Source of the DNA: Chrysomallon squamiferum
Taxonomy: Eukaryota; Animalia; Mollusca
DNA length: 64,000 nt
Direction: 5' to 3'
Assembly (NCBI GenBank): GCA_012295275.1
Contig: CM022675.1
Span: forward strand, 15,872,001 to 15,936,000
The translations under genes were made by a program, and so were the position numbers. Positions 12,304 through 26,270 of the stretch are shown here, one piece after another. Within the stretch, counting starts at the first letter, position 1. The number at the start of each line of letters is the position of its first letter. The notes beneath the pieces were generated by a model. That model saw only the letters and a list, made by a program, of their open reading frames with translations, was not told the origin of the DNA and ran no database searches.

Positions 12304-14742
12304 CTGTCTGTCTGTTATAAGTTACTGTGTTTGGATGTTAAAAACATGTTTTGTATTTTCACAGTTCAAACATCACCAACTGTCTGTTCAGAGTGGTGAC
12401 CTCATCAACTACGAACAGGAAGTGACCCACAACGAGGTCACTGCTCAGATTCCAGAAGATGAAGATGAAGAGGTAATTTATCTAACATGAATTGAGAATG
12501 ATGGGTTGGCTACAAGATCAGTCCCCATCACTTGACTTTTTTCATTCCAACTCATGTTTTGTGATTCTTTTAACAAAATGTAATATTATATAATTTCTTG
12601 TCTGGCAAAAAGGAATCCTTGCTGTCCTTGATAAAAATAGATTGTGATACAAAGCTGCAGCAGATTTTTCTTTCACATTAAGATTATGCAGATTATATTA
12701 ACCTGATAAGTTAGTAGGCATTCACTTTTCTCTCACCATCTTATCATTACACAAAAACCATCTGATTAACTGTTAACATCTGCTGTCAGGTGATAAATAT
12801 TTGTTGTTAAGTAGATAAATATTTGTTATGTTAAGTAGATAAGTATTTGTTACATTAAGTAGATAAGTATTTGTTATGTTAAGTAGATAAATATTTGTTA
12901 TGTTAAGTAGATAAATATTTGTTATGTTAAGTAGATAAGTATTTGTTACATTAAGTAGATAAGTATTTGTTATGTTAAGTAGATAAATATTTGTTACGTT
13001 AAGTAGATAGAAATTTGTTATGTTAAGTAGATAAGTATTTGTTACATTAAGCAGATAAGTATTTGATATGTTAAGTAGATAAATATTTGTTACGTTAAGT
13101 AGATAATTATTTGTTACATTAAGCAGATAAGTATTTGTTGTGTTAAGTAGATAAAGATTTCTGTTACAGGTGTTTGAGTTCTCGGATGTCTTCATACATC
13201 AGGTGATTCACACTATAGAGTTCTGCCTGGGTACCATCTCTCACACTGCGTCCTACCTCCGACTGTGGGCCCTCAGTCTGGCACACGCCCGTAAGTTTCC
13301 TGTGTCATTACTCTGAATTAAATCAAGTGTGTTATCATTAATACAGAACTTTGTCAAGTGTGTTATTATTAATAGAGAACTTTGTCAAGTGTGTTATTAT
13401 TAATACAGAACTTTGTGAAGTGTGTTATCATTAATACAGAACTTTGTCAAGTGTGTTATCATTAATAGAGAACTTTGTCAAATGTGTTATCATTAATACA
13501 GAACTTTGTCAAGTGTGTTATTATTAATACAGAACTTTGTCAAGTATATATTATTATTAATACAGAACTTTGTGAAGTATATTATTATTATTATTATTAA
13601 AACAGAACTTTGTGAAGTATATTATTATTATTAAGACAGAACTTTTAATCAATTATATATTATTATTAATACAGAACTTTGTGAAGTATATTATTATTAT
13701 TATTATTAAAACAGAACTTTGTGAAGTATATTATTATTATGAAGACAGAACTTTGTGAAGTATATTATTATTATTATTATTAATAATACTGTGCTATTCT
13801 GAAATACTGTGTTTGTAATGTTTTGTAGAACTGTCTGAAGTGCAGTGTTTGTAATGTTTTGTAGAACTGTCTGAAGTGCCGTGTTTGTAATGTTTTGTAG
13901 AACTGTCTGAAGTGCTGTGTTTGTAATGTTTTGTAGAACTGTCTGAAGTGCTGTGGACGATGGTAATGTCTCTGTCGTTTAAGATATCTGGGTTTGCAGG
14001 CAGCATCGTCATCTTCGTCATCTTCACCTTCTGGGCGACGCTCACTATTGGAGTCCTCGTCTTGATGGAGGGACTCTCTGCCTTCCTCCATGCACTCCGT
14101 CTGCACTGGTAGGTTTCTCCTCTGTTGTAGCCTGCTCATCAGAAACAGAATTTATTTTTTCTTAATGTAATAATCCTGATCAGATTTACAGTGGATGACT
14201 TTCAGCATTTAATAAATGTAGAAAATATAATTCACAGTTTAAAAGCTAGATGGTTGTTTTTATACGGTTTAGTTATAAGTTTTATTGTAGTTGTTTTTTT
14301 TTGCTTTATTTATTTATTTTAAAAATGGTACAAAAACAGAAGGAAGAATAAATGTATTGTTCAGTGTAATGTAATGTCAGTAGCAGGGAAATTAAAGGTA
14401 GTGCTGTGCATTATAAAGAAGATACACATGTTAACTATTTTAATATATGACCCAGTTCAGGGGTAAATTAATTTTCTGTCTTGACTCCAAAATGAGAAAA
14501 CAGAAGTATTTATTATTAATTGTTATTCATCCTTTGAACTGTATCAAGTCAGTGACATTTTAATTTTTTATAATGTTCTTTCGTGAATTGTAATTTATTT
14601 TAATTTTACTTTTAATTTTAATTTTAATTTTTCAAATTTTAATTTCAGGGTGGAGTTTCAGTCTAAGTTCTACGAAGGACATGGCTACAAGTTCCAGCCT
14701 TTCTCATTTGAGAACATTCTGGACCACAGCGTGGAGGACTAG
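658..14742 (+). CDS. ATP6V0A1: V-type proton ATPase V0 subunit a (116 kDa), 3' part; exons 658-808, 1275-1414, 1701-1828, 4550-4646, 5763-5881, 6457-6602, 7490-7581, 8486-8587, 12365-12472, 13170-13290, 13937-14108, 14649-14742 (TAG); 5' exons lie upstream of the window
   Basis: Exons have AG/GT ends and compatible phases. Translation gives [132 protein letters not shown] (essential Arg) and [23 protein letters not shown]. Paralogue number (a1) is a best guess. Confidence 0.96.
2150..2630 (+). mobile_element. Possible heavily decayed pogo/Tigger-like transposase remnant in an intron
   Basis: Fragments [12 protein letters not shown] (like the CENP-B HTH 'MA..GFPLT') and KQFIAAGL (like the DDE_1 C-terminal 'F..aGi'); many stops and frameshifts. 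Confidence 0.3.
3182..3367. mobile_element. Tigger4/MER46-like (pogo) MITE, degenerate
   Basis: TA-cgtgttgagaagtc...ttgggactggaagtgttttagattttgg...ggattctctacctg-TA: imperfect TIRs with TA flanks; same family as 30775-31050. Confidence 0.6.
3540..4531. repeat. Minisatellite, ~33-35 bp unit (aaaaaggtacatgaacagttatgagtgaagttt), abutting the acceptor of exon 4550
   Basis: Directly visible tandem array ending ~18 bp before the AG at 4548-4549. Confidence 0.95.
5240..5760. repeat. Compound (ATT/ACT/GTT)n microsatellite running into the acceptor at 5761-5762
   Basis: Direct; source of the poly-I/L/Y/N ORFs in the track. Confidence 0.95.
5870..6098 (+). repeat. 25-bp minisatellite spanning a donor site (ctttgttaatcacAG|GTaaataat), ~9 units
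   Basis: GT at 5882 (real), 5907, 5957, 5982, 6007, 6032, 6068 and 6093; the copy at 5932 is mutated to AT. Confidence 0.93.
6215..6482 (+). repeat. Decayed ~40-bp tandem copies of the acceptor/exon start of exon 6457
   Basis: tttattcagctacttaaaaaagccactgaat (6381) and ttattcacatacttgaaaaagctgttgaat (6221) align with the real junction tttattcaggtacttcaaaaggccgttgaat. Confidence 0.75.
6900..7120 (+). mobile_element. Degenerate SINE-like dispersed repeat (related copies ~11895-12095, ~12490-12680 and inverted ~23600-23800)
   Basis: Shared core aaaaga(t)tccttgctgcta(a)...gcagca/gg..tttcctctc at several sites; SINE identity is inferred. Confidence 0.4.
7553..7698 (+). repeat. 50-bp tandem triplication spanning a donor site
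   Basis: gaatcaacccatttctgtatga(t/g)catcAG|GTaaaaa(c/g)aaaacagtt; donors after 7581, 7631 and 7681. Confidence 0.95.
9760..9865. mobile_element. One end of a Tigger4/MER46-like element
   Basis: aaatctgaaacagttctgtttccaaagcttttcagataaaggaatctcagcctg is the reverse complement of the TIR region seen at 30775. Confidence 0.55.
10451..10477 (+). CDS. Candidate 27-nt alternative microexon of V-ATPase a (LQKQENEEK)
   Basis: Preceded by tttcttttctacaAG and followed by GTgatg. It is purine-rich and phase 0-0, matching flanking exons 8486-8587 and 12365-12472, and lies in the variable loop. Confidence 0.55.
12790..13169. repeat. 24-bp minisatellite (atttgttatgttaagtagataagt) merging into the acceptor of exon 13170
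   Basis: ~15 units; the last unit grades into gataaagatttctgttacAG. Confidence 0.93.
13322..13952 (+). repeat. Two generations of acceptor-spanning minisatellite filling intron 13291-13936
   Basis: Young 36-bp units gtgtttgtaatgttttgtAG|aactgtctgaagtgc have AG ending at 13828, 13864, 13900 and 13936 (real). Older ~33-bp units carry acAG|aactttgt(g/c)aagt, similar to the same exon start. Confidence 0.9.
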
Positions 14743-15718
14743 CTCTCTCTCTGATTGGTCACTTTCAGCTTCCTGTGCGACATGCTCAGTGCATGGAAGA
14801 TTGTTTGATGTTGTAAACTTGTTGTTTAATGTTACTGAGTTGCTAAATCAAACATAGACTGGTGTTGTAAGTAAACTAGTCAGCACTTGTTTAATTACAG
14901 TGATTATTACTGAACTGATGTTTTACTGTCAGTTTCGGGGAAAATGTGTTAATTACTTTTAAAGTAGAAAAATGATGGGAAAATGAACTATGATTATTTA
15001 TTTCTTTTTGTGGCTTATGAGAGGTACTTGTAACCCCAAAAGCTAAAACTGAAGGGAATATTTATTATTTATTTTTATTTTTTATTTTTTTATGAATTGT
15101 GGTGTCAGGATGGTTAAATTTTACAAAATAAAAATAATAAGCTTTTGTGGATCAAATTTTACATATGGGATTGTTCATCCATTTGGTTATTTATTGTTCA
15201 GAATTAATTTGGATTTAAAATATATTTCAAGGGAGATTACTTGGTTTGGATTCAATATAGTTACAAGAAAAGATTAAACAAATAATAATAATTTGTTGCT
15301 CATTATTTTCATATTTTGTTTCAGTATTATTTAAATTTTTTATTTTTAGACATTATATTACTTAATTGCTTTAGTTACATTTTTAACTGAAGATGTAACT
15401 TGACATATTCTTTACAAGGGTGGTTGTTTAAAAACTGGCTGTTACTGAATTTTGTGTATGAGGTTTTTTGTATTTTTTAATTTAAATTTATAAATTATTT
15501 CACCATTATTCACTAAGACAATACAGGACAGAATATTTACAAGAGTAAATAAAAACTGCTTAGAGTTTACACAGAATGAAAGTATTCGCTCTTTGTTCAC
15601 CACTGTTCACATTTATATAAACAATCGATTGGTTATCTTTGCCTGTAGTGAACAGATATGTTTATATGCCACTGTGTGTGTTTCTTATTGTTTTTCTTTG
15701 TGTCTCTCCCTTTGTCCT

Positions 15719-15753
<35 letters not shown>

Positions 15754-18740
15754 ATGTGTAAGTGTGTATGTATGTGTGTCAGTCTGTGTGTGTCAGTCTG
15801 TGTGTGTGTGTGTTTACATCATTTAAATTAAGCTGGGGTTTTTTTTATTTTGTTTTTTTCATTGATTGTTTATTTATCCCCCCAAAAAGTATTGCCATCT
15901 TCCTCATTGGTATAAAACTGTGGTTAAGACTAAGAGTATTTGTATGTTTGGTGAGAATTTGTAAGGTTTAGAATGTATTTGTAATGTTTAGAAAGTATTT
16001 GGTAATTTTCAGAATATATTTGTAATGTTTGCAATGAAAGACAAACCTGCTGCAGTCTATTTATAATGAATGTATCAACATTGAGTTTTATACATACATA
16101 CACACATATATATAACTCAATGTTGATACATTCATACAAATTATATATATATACACATATATATTTATAAAACTCAATGTTGATACAGTCATACAAATTT
16201 GTGTATATATATACATATATATATATATCTTGTATGAATGGACATTATCTGTGTGTCTGACTGGGTGTGTTCTGATGTGTAAAGTTAAACTATACGACAT
16301 CTGACTGATTATTCATGTAAAGTCTTGATCTCAGCTTGTTCATATCATAAGTAAAACTTACACTGTTCTGTTACCTCTAATCTGTCATGACTTCTCAGAC
16401 ATATCTACATAGTTTAGTAACACAGTGTTTTATCTGCTCTGTATTGAAATTACTTACACATGCTGTATTAGAAACATATATATTGGGGTGTATTGGATTT
16501 GTAGTGGACTGCTAAGACAAATATGTATATTGAGCTATGTTGATTTCTGAAAATACTGATTTTAAAAATGGACAGTTTATTTTTTTTGCCATTTAAAGTG
16601 AGAGTCTACACAAAGTTATTTAATTTCTTTTATAAAGCTGTTTATTTTTATGCTGTTTATAAAAAAATAGCTTTGTCCAAATGATTTTTTTATTTTTATT
16701 TTATTTTTTTAATCTGGAGTTTTCATTATTTCAAACATTTTAATTTTTTAATTTTTTTAATTTTTTTATTTTTTTTTTTTTTTATTATATTTTTTTTTTG
16801 ATGTGTTTGTAATAGATGAAATGAATTGTTCATTGTTATGAAAGTCTTTGAATGCGATAATTGTAATTCGTGTGTGCATGAAGACGTGAGTGTGTCTGTC
16901 TGTCTCTTCATATTTCCTGCTACAGCTCAGTTTAAATTTTCGGAAAATCTGTACATTAGGTAAACACAGGTCCTTTAATCATATTTTAAACTTAACATGC
17001 ATAATTAAAACCAAATAATAAAATCTGCATTTGTCATTCTAGTATTAACTGTTGTAACAAGTTAGTGCAATAAAATCATCTGCACTGTTTGAGTGTCATT
17101 AGAAACAGTACACAGAAATGAGGAGTTGGATGAGATTTAATCTAAATTGTTGTCATTTCTGAGCTTTATTTGTTGTTTCTCAGTTAAATGTTTTATATGC
17201 TGTTAGTGATGTTATTGAATTAGGTTTTATTCTTGTTAGTGTGGTATGTGTTGTCTTTCTTAGTCTCGTTTTAGAACACAGTTTGAACAGTTTGTGGATC
17301 TGTAGATCTGATATTTATATGCTAGCTACTGAATTGTTTATTTAACTTTAAAAATAAATAAATGAAATAAATGAAAAAGAAAATTGTAAAATTTTATCAA
17401 TATAAACGTAGTAATGTACAGCTATCAAATTATGGGACGTTCTTTAAACTTTATTGAACATTTCTGGATTGTTCAAGAAATAACTTTGAACATTATAATA
17501 ATAATAATAATAATAATAATAATCATTTTGACTAAAAACTCAAAAATGACTTGTTGCTTCATAAATATTGAATGGAGATACTTTCTGGCTTTATTTATTT
17601 ATTTATTTATTTATTATTGTAGTTATTATTATTATTATATCCCAAAAGAAGACTATCAGTGATGTAACTTACGTGTTGTTACTGTCATGTTTGGTAGATA
17701 TACATGTTTAAATATGTTGGTGACATTAAAGTTATCTTTAGACCTCTGCGACTTATTTTTGTTTTGTTTTTGAGTTTAAATTATTTATTTCAAAGTATGA
17801 AATATATTTTGAATCATATGAGTCTTGTAGGTGTATTTACATAAAGAAATTATTTATAATTTGATGTCCTTTGAAAAAAAAGCTGCTGCTAATTTGTAAT
17901 CCCGTTTTACTGTCATGCTAAGACTGTTATTCTTAAAATAGTTCAAAAGACAAATGCCCAAATCGGTCGAGATTACTTGCCAGCTAAAAGAAAATGCACT
18001 TTTCTTACAGAAAGTACCTGATCAAAACAGCCTGAGAATTACACTTCAGACAAAAAAAATAGAAAGAAAACCATTTCTGTAGGTTTTGCAGTGGTGTTTC
18101 TATGAATTTTAAAGATAATTAAAAATAAATATGATCTTTTATAACGAAATAAAAAGGGATAAATGCATATTATTAGTTGACTATCCCAGATATGCGTGCA
18201 ATTCAAGTATTCAGAATAATTAAAGCCATAAATTATAAACATTTAGTTTCATGCTGCTGTTACAGCTCGTGTAAATTGTAGTTGCCTCCCCTGGAGAAGT
18301 TGCAGAAAGGAAGGTTAGGAACGACGATAATAAAACTAGGTTAAAGCTAAGGCTCTTTTAACCATACTAGCGCAGTACGGTATTGGTAACTCGGTGATTA
18401 AAAGTCGGTGAAATCTTTACCAGTCCTTATGATGCATGTGTGTATCATTACCTTGAGGTTGAGAAGGAGACTAGTTGAAAGGGCAGAGGAAGAACGACTG
18501 CGTGAACCCGACGTTGACTCCAGTGACTGCGCTGAGTGGGCGAGGCTCACTAATAACAGACACTCTCAGACATAAAGTGAACTTTCCAGAAGACGAGGTC
18601 CGCAGCCTGCATGTGTCCGAGTCTGAACTCGATACGATACACAAGTGAACCTGTAGAGTCTCTCAATTGAGTTTTCAGTGACAGTGACTTTAATTCTGAA
18701 TCGTGACTTTTCAAATTATATATATGTGTGTGTGTGTGTG

Positions 18741-18788
<48 letters not shown>

Positions 18789-19001
18789 ATATATATATTT
18801 TGGTAAATCATTCTTTCTGTGATAAATTATGTTCTTCATTTCTTGTGTTTAATAATGTCTTTATACTTGTGCGTCTTGTAATAGATTATTTGGTTCTGTT
18901 TTATACTGTTATCCTGAATAATAGTATATAACATTTTTCTTAGTTAATGATTACTAGGAATTCTGCTTTTGGCAACACTAAGAAGGTCATAACATAATAA
19001 G

Positions 19002-19040
<39 letters not shown>

Positions 19041-20552
19041 AATTGGTCAAAAGTGTAACTTTTCTTTTTTGTGGTAACAACAATGGAATAAGGTGCTTTA
19101 TGATAGTTTATGGTTTTATACTTATTAAAGAAAAGAAAATACTCTCGGGGATTTAAAAACAAATCTAAGAAAGAGAGATACAGACAAAATAGTACCAACA
19201 AATTTATGATAAATGTTTATTTTAATAAAATGTACATTACAGTCTCTCTTTGGGATGCTGTTCAGTGAGTGTTCCACAGCTGGTTTTGGCAAAAGGTACA
19301 AAATATATTTTCCGGTCTATGGGAAGGCTAATATAAAATATACTTTTTTTGCTGATCGAAAGAAGACAGTCTGAGGATGGTGGTGGTTTTCTTTCTTATT
19401 TTTTCATTTTCTTTATGACTGTTAGTCACATATGAAGCCGTAATATTAAAAACCTTTACACATTTAGTTCAACATTTCCTCTCTTCTTTTCCTTCATTCA
19501 ATATTAAACTTTCACTGTTAGTTGTTACGTGAGTATCAAAGTTCTACAGATCACTACCATCCTTATACGCGGAGGTAGAAAGTTTACGTATTTCTGTATG
19601 ATAAACGGTGTCAGAAGATTTGTAGACCCAAGTAAAAACTCCTCGCTCAGACGAACTGAGATTCTGTGTTGGTACGTAATTCCTTACTGAATGTTTAAAA
19701 GGTATGTTGTAAAATTCAGCGTGATGCAAATAGATGAAAAAACCCACACAATTTGACTTATAATTTCACCTGTCTTATCAAACAGTAACAGAGAGTTAGG
19801 ACACTGGCTGTATCAAACTTACAATTGCAATATGGATGATGTTGATGATAATAATAACAATAATGACGATGATGATAATGATATTAATTTTTAATATCAA
19901 GTTACTAAATTATTGTTCTTGTTGATATCACGTTTTCATTTTCTGTTTATTTAATAAAAAGATAACTATGATTTTGATCCACTTTGAAATATTTATCATA
20001 GAGGATTAAGAATGTAAAAAACGCTAAATATCTCCGTCTTCCAAAATATTTGTTATTTTTAACTGAATGTTTATTCTCTTGTAGAAAACTTTGTTTGACA
20101 ATGAGATATCGTTCTTTATGCATCTCTTCATTCAAATGAATGCCAAGAATTTTAAAACTTGGCGACAAGTAAGGTCGCAATCACACTATGCAATTTGTCC
20201 AACCTATTTTCTGAATTTAACTTATAATAAAATATGTTTCACCTATAAATAAGAACAACAAGAGCAACAACAAAAAACAACAACAGCAACAATAACAACA
20301 AATAAATAAACCCCAAACTGCAAGAAAAAAAAAAAAGAAAAAAGCACAAAGTACAAAGGAAACGTTTAAATAAAATTAAACACTGATTATAAGTAGCTGT
20401 TTATTGATATTGTTTTCTTGTTTAATATGCGAAGCAATAATTTATATTTTTCAGTTCGATTTCATCATATCGCTTAACATATATGGGAAAAGACAGAACG
20501 TCAGAATGTGAAGTCAAACGAAATATCTATATCAGTTATATGAATTAAGTTA

Positions 20553-20597
<45 letters not shown>

Positions 20598-20701
20598 GAA
20601 CTTAAATATTTAAAAAGAACTAATAAAAAATAAATTAAAAAACCCCATTTCAAATGCGCTCAAAAACTAACGTACAAACAAAAGTAAGTTTATATTCGAT
20701 G

Positions 20702-22332
20702 TTACACAAACGATTTTACGTTAATCGTAACTTTCGTTCCGTTCGGCGTCATTTTAAACACCAACACTTCTGTCGCTCTCAGTTCGCCGTGTGTCACATA
20801 CAACTTCCGGTTATGCGCACATCGTACAGCCACCCCTCTAGGTCGTTTGGCTGTTACCAGGTGCTGCATGAACGTCCCGTCCGAGTAGAACATGGACACC
20901 CTGTCGTTGTAGTGGTCGGAAACGATGATGTTTCCATCCTGATCGACGCAGACGCCGTACGGAAATTTAAACTGTCCGCTGCCTGAGCCGTATTCGCCGA
21001 ACTGCCTCACAAACCGCCCTTCCTTGTCGAACACCTTCACGCAGTGGTGGCCTGAGTCGGACACGATGATCCGGCCCGTGGTCGACAGACAGACGTGCCG
21101 AGGCTGTTTGAACTTCACCCCCGACTTCTCTCCCACAGCGCACAGGAGAGTCCTGTTAGCACTGAAAATGTAAACTTCGTTCGCCTGCTCGTCCGTCACG
21201 ATGTAACGACCGTCTTTGTCGACCGCGAGGCCTGTCGGACACTGCAGATATTTGTGGCCGAACTCGGCCATCGTGTCGCCCGATCCTGACCAGATGGCCA
21301 CGCAGTGATGTCGTCTCAACGTCACAGCGATGTAACCTCTTGGTGTCAGCACCGCCGACCACGGCTCCGTGTACTCGCCTGTTAAACAAAATAAAATAAA
21401 AATGAATTACATCTGCTATCTCATTAGTGATATGGTGTGTGTGTGGGTGTGTTACTGATTAATAATTATGTAAAATATATATTTTTATTATTATGCCTAA
21501 TACCTCATTATTGGTGTAAATGTGTCTGTGTTGTTTGTGTGTATGTGTGTGGTGTGTGTATGTGTTGTGTGTTTTATTGATTAATGCGTAAAATAACTGA
21601 TATCTGTGAACTCGAAAACTCTCCATGCAAAAGTTAAACAAAATTCTGGTCTTGTACTCGAACTGGTATCGTTGAAAAGATAAAAGTTTAAGAATCTGCG
21701 TGTGCGACTGTTCACAGCCATTGTAACTAACAGTGTATCTGTAACATGGCATTATCGCTAAGTAACGCACTATGTTAACAACTGACACAGAATGCCAAAC
21801 ACTCGACTAAACGTAACAGCACACAAGTAAAAAGTAACGTAACTTAGTAAGCGTCAGTTACGTCGGATACCTGTAACAAAGTTCTTTTCTGGTCGCCCGC
21901 TGCGGGAATACAGAACTATTTTACTGCCAAGCATGTCGGTGACGAGAACAGCTCCGTTGTAGATGTACGACACACTGGAGGCGTCTATGAAAGCTTCCAC
22001 AGCTGTTCCTTTCCTTCCGAACTTGTTGAAGAAAGTCACTTTAAACTGACCATCTTCCTGCTTCGTAAAGGCACTTTGGTCAATCCTGTGTAGAGTGGGT
22101 GCATTGCGTGAAGTTTTCGCACTGCCAGATGACGTGTAAGGCACGTCGTCGACATCGTCGTCTCCGCATAACGACATATCAGAGAACGAGACTTTCCTGG
22201 CAGAGACGGCAGAACCTGCAGTCGTGGTGAAAGTATTACAACTGTGCCGCTGTATCAAAATCCGAGCCAAACCAGAGCCTACAGAACCCGTGGAAAACTT
22301 TTCCAGTGGCGCTGGTTCTATTTTATCGTGAT
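20702..22332 (-). CDS. NHL-repeat beta-propeller protein (TRIM2/3/71-like NHL domain); exons 22332-21871 and 21378-20702; first coding exon uncertain (possibly ATG-CAG-ATA-CAA-CGT-G at ~22749-22734)
   Basis: Phase-1 junction FVT-G|EYTEPWSAVLTPRGYIAV; NHL repeats LQCPTGLAVDKDGRYIVTD, FKQPRHVCLSTTGRIIVSDSGHHCVKVFD and GSGSGQFKFPYGVCVDQDGNIIVSDHYNDRV. Confidence 0.9.
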
Positions 22333-22519
22333 CTGTAGAATAGAATGACGAAAATGAGAATAACATTGATATATTAGCCATTCGTGTGATCTAACAGGTA
22401 ATCGTGATGCTGTGAAAGGTAAAATAATAAAACAAATAATTAAATAATTAGAATATATAAAGTAATCGAAACATCCACGGTTGGTTCAAGATATAAATCG
22501 AAGATACGAAGATACGAAC

Positions 22520-22634
<115 letters not shown>

Positions 22635-23093
22635 CATTTACACATAATGTTTTACAGTGCTATATGATTGTAAAATTACATGTTAATTTAACTGATATTA
22701 TTTGAGACAGACAGAGATTAGAAAACATCTCACCACGTTGTATCTGCATGGAACAAACAGATCAGTGCATGTTGTTGTGCATGCTGTACATACTCTTACC
22801 TTGAAAAGTTCAACAATTAACCCCGCCTGTTGTTACAAACACTAAACAGAAGAGAAATCTTCGATAAACAACATCGCCGAGCGGTGAACAGCCTCGCTGC
22901 TGTTTGTAAATAAGATCACAACAGTTTTTTCATTAATTACTGTGTCTCCGAGCCGCTTCATTTCAAAACATGTCAGTTTTGTTATTTTATGATGATGATG
23001 ATCATCACAATCATGATTTTTTTTTATTACGACCATAATCATCTCTTTTTGTGATTCTTCTTCTTCATATTATCAGTCACAATTGAGTTAGAG

Positions 23094-23154
<61 letters not shown>

Positions 23155-23223
23155 GCTTTTTATCTTTTTTCTTTTGCACAAAATGACTAATATAAGATGT
23201 ATACTCTAAATTATTCAAAACTA

Positions 23224-23262
<39 letters not shown>

Positions 23263-23877
23263 GTAAATTACCCGACAAAAATCACTTGGAATTATTAATT
23301 TAAAACATACAGTCCCACAAGGTGAAAATATCCAAGCTAATTATCACTAACATTTATCATTTATTATATTTATATTAGGTGCTTCAAAATAGATAAGTGA
23401 TAAAATATATATATAAATATATATATATTATTAACCATAAATATGAGTTCATATATATATGTGTGTGTGTGTGTGTGTCTCTATCTAACTATCTATCAAT
23501 GTTGATGAGGGCACAAAGGTTTCCTATTAACTCTAACACTTGACTGTCACTGTGCGTTTGAAGAGTGTACGTTACTATATGCTATAAAAGGTGGGCACTT
23601 GATTAACGAAGGAAGAAATATCTTGACATATTTTTTATTTATGCTTTTGTGCTGCGTCATACACATCGACTTTACAGATAGTGAAAGATGAAAAGTTTCA
23701 CCAACGCGCTGGGCTGTTCAATAACAGCAATGTTCATCGATAGGAAAGTCTTTGGTATGTACTTCAGTCACAGAGTACGAGTTGGAACGTGAAATAGATT
23801 AATTTATATATCGTCATCATCGTTATTTTTCGTCTTATTATTGTTATTATTGTTGTTGTTTTTGTTTGTTGTTGGAG

Positions 23878-23933
<56 letters not shown>

Positions 23934-24299
23934 TTGTTCCAAGAACATTTGCGTCTTCTACCGTTAAGCTTCAGGCTCGTCAGGTTTCTTACTGTAAATA
24001 AAATGTTTACTGTAAAATCTGAATATAATGCTTCTCTCGAGAATCATTAAAAGTGTTTGCTTTGTTTATGTATACTTAATAAACTTTGTGGACGACGCCA
24101 ACCTTAACCTTGTTTATTTCCTTTCCTTATTTTCTATTGACCTCAACACGACTGAAATATCAGAGATCGCGCAAAGTGTTTTCTCTGACATTAAGAAACA
24201 GGATATAAAATAACACATGTTTGTTATCGGTAGGAGTGACCCACGAACATCACAAGAGAAAGTTAATGTTCTCAGATTATTATTTATATTCTATAACAT

Positions 24300-24347
<48 letters not shown>

Positions 24348-24540
24348 AAAGAAAAAAAAAAAAAAAAGAAAAGAAAAAAAAAAACATAAAACGAAAATGC
24401 AAAGAAAAGAAAAAATCCTAGCAGCCAGAGTTCAGTATATTATGAAGAGTAGATAAAATTCTCCGTCTGATTAAAAATATAGCTGTGTGGCATGGAACTG
24501 CATTTACTTCGACAAATTACTTGTTATTTTTACACACATG

Positions 24541-24579
<39 letters not shown>

Positions 24580-24955
24580 GCACGCATGCACACACACACC
24601 CTCAAAGTTATTTCTGTATCACATAGCCTCGCTGCAGACCTGTATAACTCTAGTCTGTTTTAACATTTAAATATTAATGTAATTAGGCTAGCGTTTGTTT
24701 ATGAGTGCGTGCGCGCGCGCACTTCTGTATCTAAATTTAACAAAGATTCAAAAGCTGATGACAAACCTGCTAAATTCCTTTATTTATTTATTTTTTATTT
24801 CAGACTGTCTGACTGATAACAGAAAAACTGTCCTGCATTCCAGACATATTATAGCGTAGTGATTACAACGTAAGCCAGACGCACGATCAATACGTCTGCT
24901 AGGCTATTTCCTAATCTAACTAATGCTCCGTGCTTTGTTTTGTAATTGTTAATAT

Positions 24956-25019
<64 letters not shown>

Positions 25020-25979
25020 CTGTGTTTGTGTGAGTGTTTGCGTGTAGTATGATCTACTAACAGCTAACAGAACAGAAGATATAACTGCCAACTCAATAAC
25101 AATAAACATCGTAATATAACACTAAAACATACCAAACGCTTTACTAATGATATAACTAACTCATTCAGATACAAACGGCTGTAATATACAACTCTGTAAT
25201 ATATAATATACCATCTTATATAACATAAAAACATACTTTATAAAACACTAACAGAAAAACATATCAATGGTATAATATATCAAGTTTATACATATTAACA
25301 CTGTGACACATAAAAACTATAAAGACTACGATATACTAACAGTTTAACATACAACACCTATAAAGATTACGACACACTAACAGTTTAACATACAAACCCT
25401 ATAAAACTACGACACACTCACAGTTTAACATAATAATACTATAGTATATGAACTCCCTAAGTTTCAGAAGACTGTAATATAACAACTTTGACTAACTTTA
25501 TAACTTACCAACGGTTACTTTGTAAGCATTTGTTGTTTGGACAACATACGTTAACAGGAGCGAATCTAGAACTGTTTAAAGAGGAGGGGTGTTGAAAATA
25601 ACTAAGTCAGATATATATATGAACACATACATAGATATGCACACATGTATATGTAAATTTTCATAGTTCATGATATGTAATTGTATTTATTAATGGTTAT
25701 CCAGTATACTATTTTAATTAATTAATTATACAGAAGCAACAGTTCCTCAAAACACAATAACAGCAGACACAATACTACCACGACGACCACCAACACCAAC
25801 ACCACCACCAACAACATCATCAACAACAGACGTATATAAATAAATATATACATATTATCGCAGTGACTCATCATTATCAAGGTTGTGTTATCGCTGTGTT
25901 GTTGTTACTGAGGTCATCTCTGTACATCTATCTGTCTGTCAGTGAGATTAATACAAAACAAACACACGCACCGCATATA

Positions 25980-26270
25980 CACATTTAGATATTCAATTAC
26001 AAAAATACACCATTAAACGGTATACATCATCTATCACCTGTAATTTAACACATACTCGTATAGACATGTTTGGATAATAAAATATAAAAATACACCATTA
26101 TATTGTATACATCATCTATCATCTATAAATTAATACATTTGAATAATCAGTATAAAAATGCACCATTACACTGTATGCATCATCTATCTGTCATTTATAA
26201 ATTAACACACATGCGTGTACACATATATAGATAATAAAATATAAAAATACACCACTATATTGCACACATC
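25980..26270. repeat. Degenerate ~70-80 bp tandem repeat (aaaaatacaccatta...tacatcatctatc), ~4 copies
   Basis: Motif recurs at ~26001, 26085, 26154 and 26243. Confidence 0.75.

Noticed and set aside
12773-13195. 140-aa YLLNITN repeat ORF on the - strand
   Set aside because: Translation of the 24-bp intronic minisatellite, antisense to V-ATPase a.
18258-18932. Possible solo LTR (TGTTA...TAACA, CpG-richer interior)
   Set aside because: No matching target-site duplication, second LTR or internal domain found; cannot be supported.
20654-21389. Overlapping ORFs 20654-20986, 21095-21289 and 21156-21389
   Set aside because: Antisense or alternative-frame shadows of the GC-rich NHL exon.
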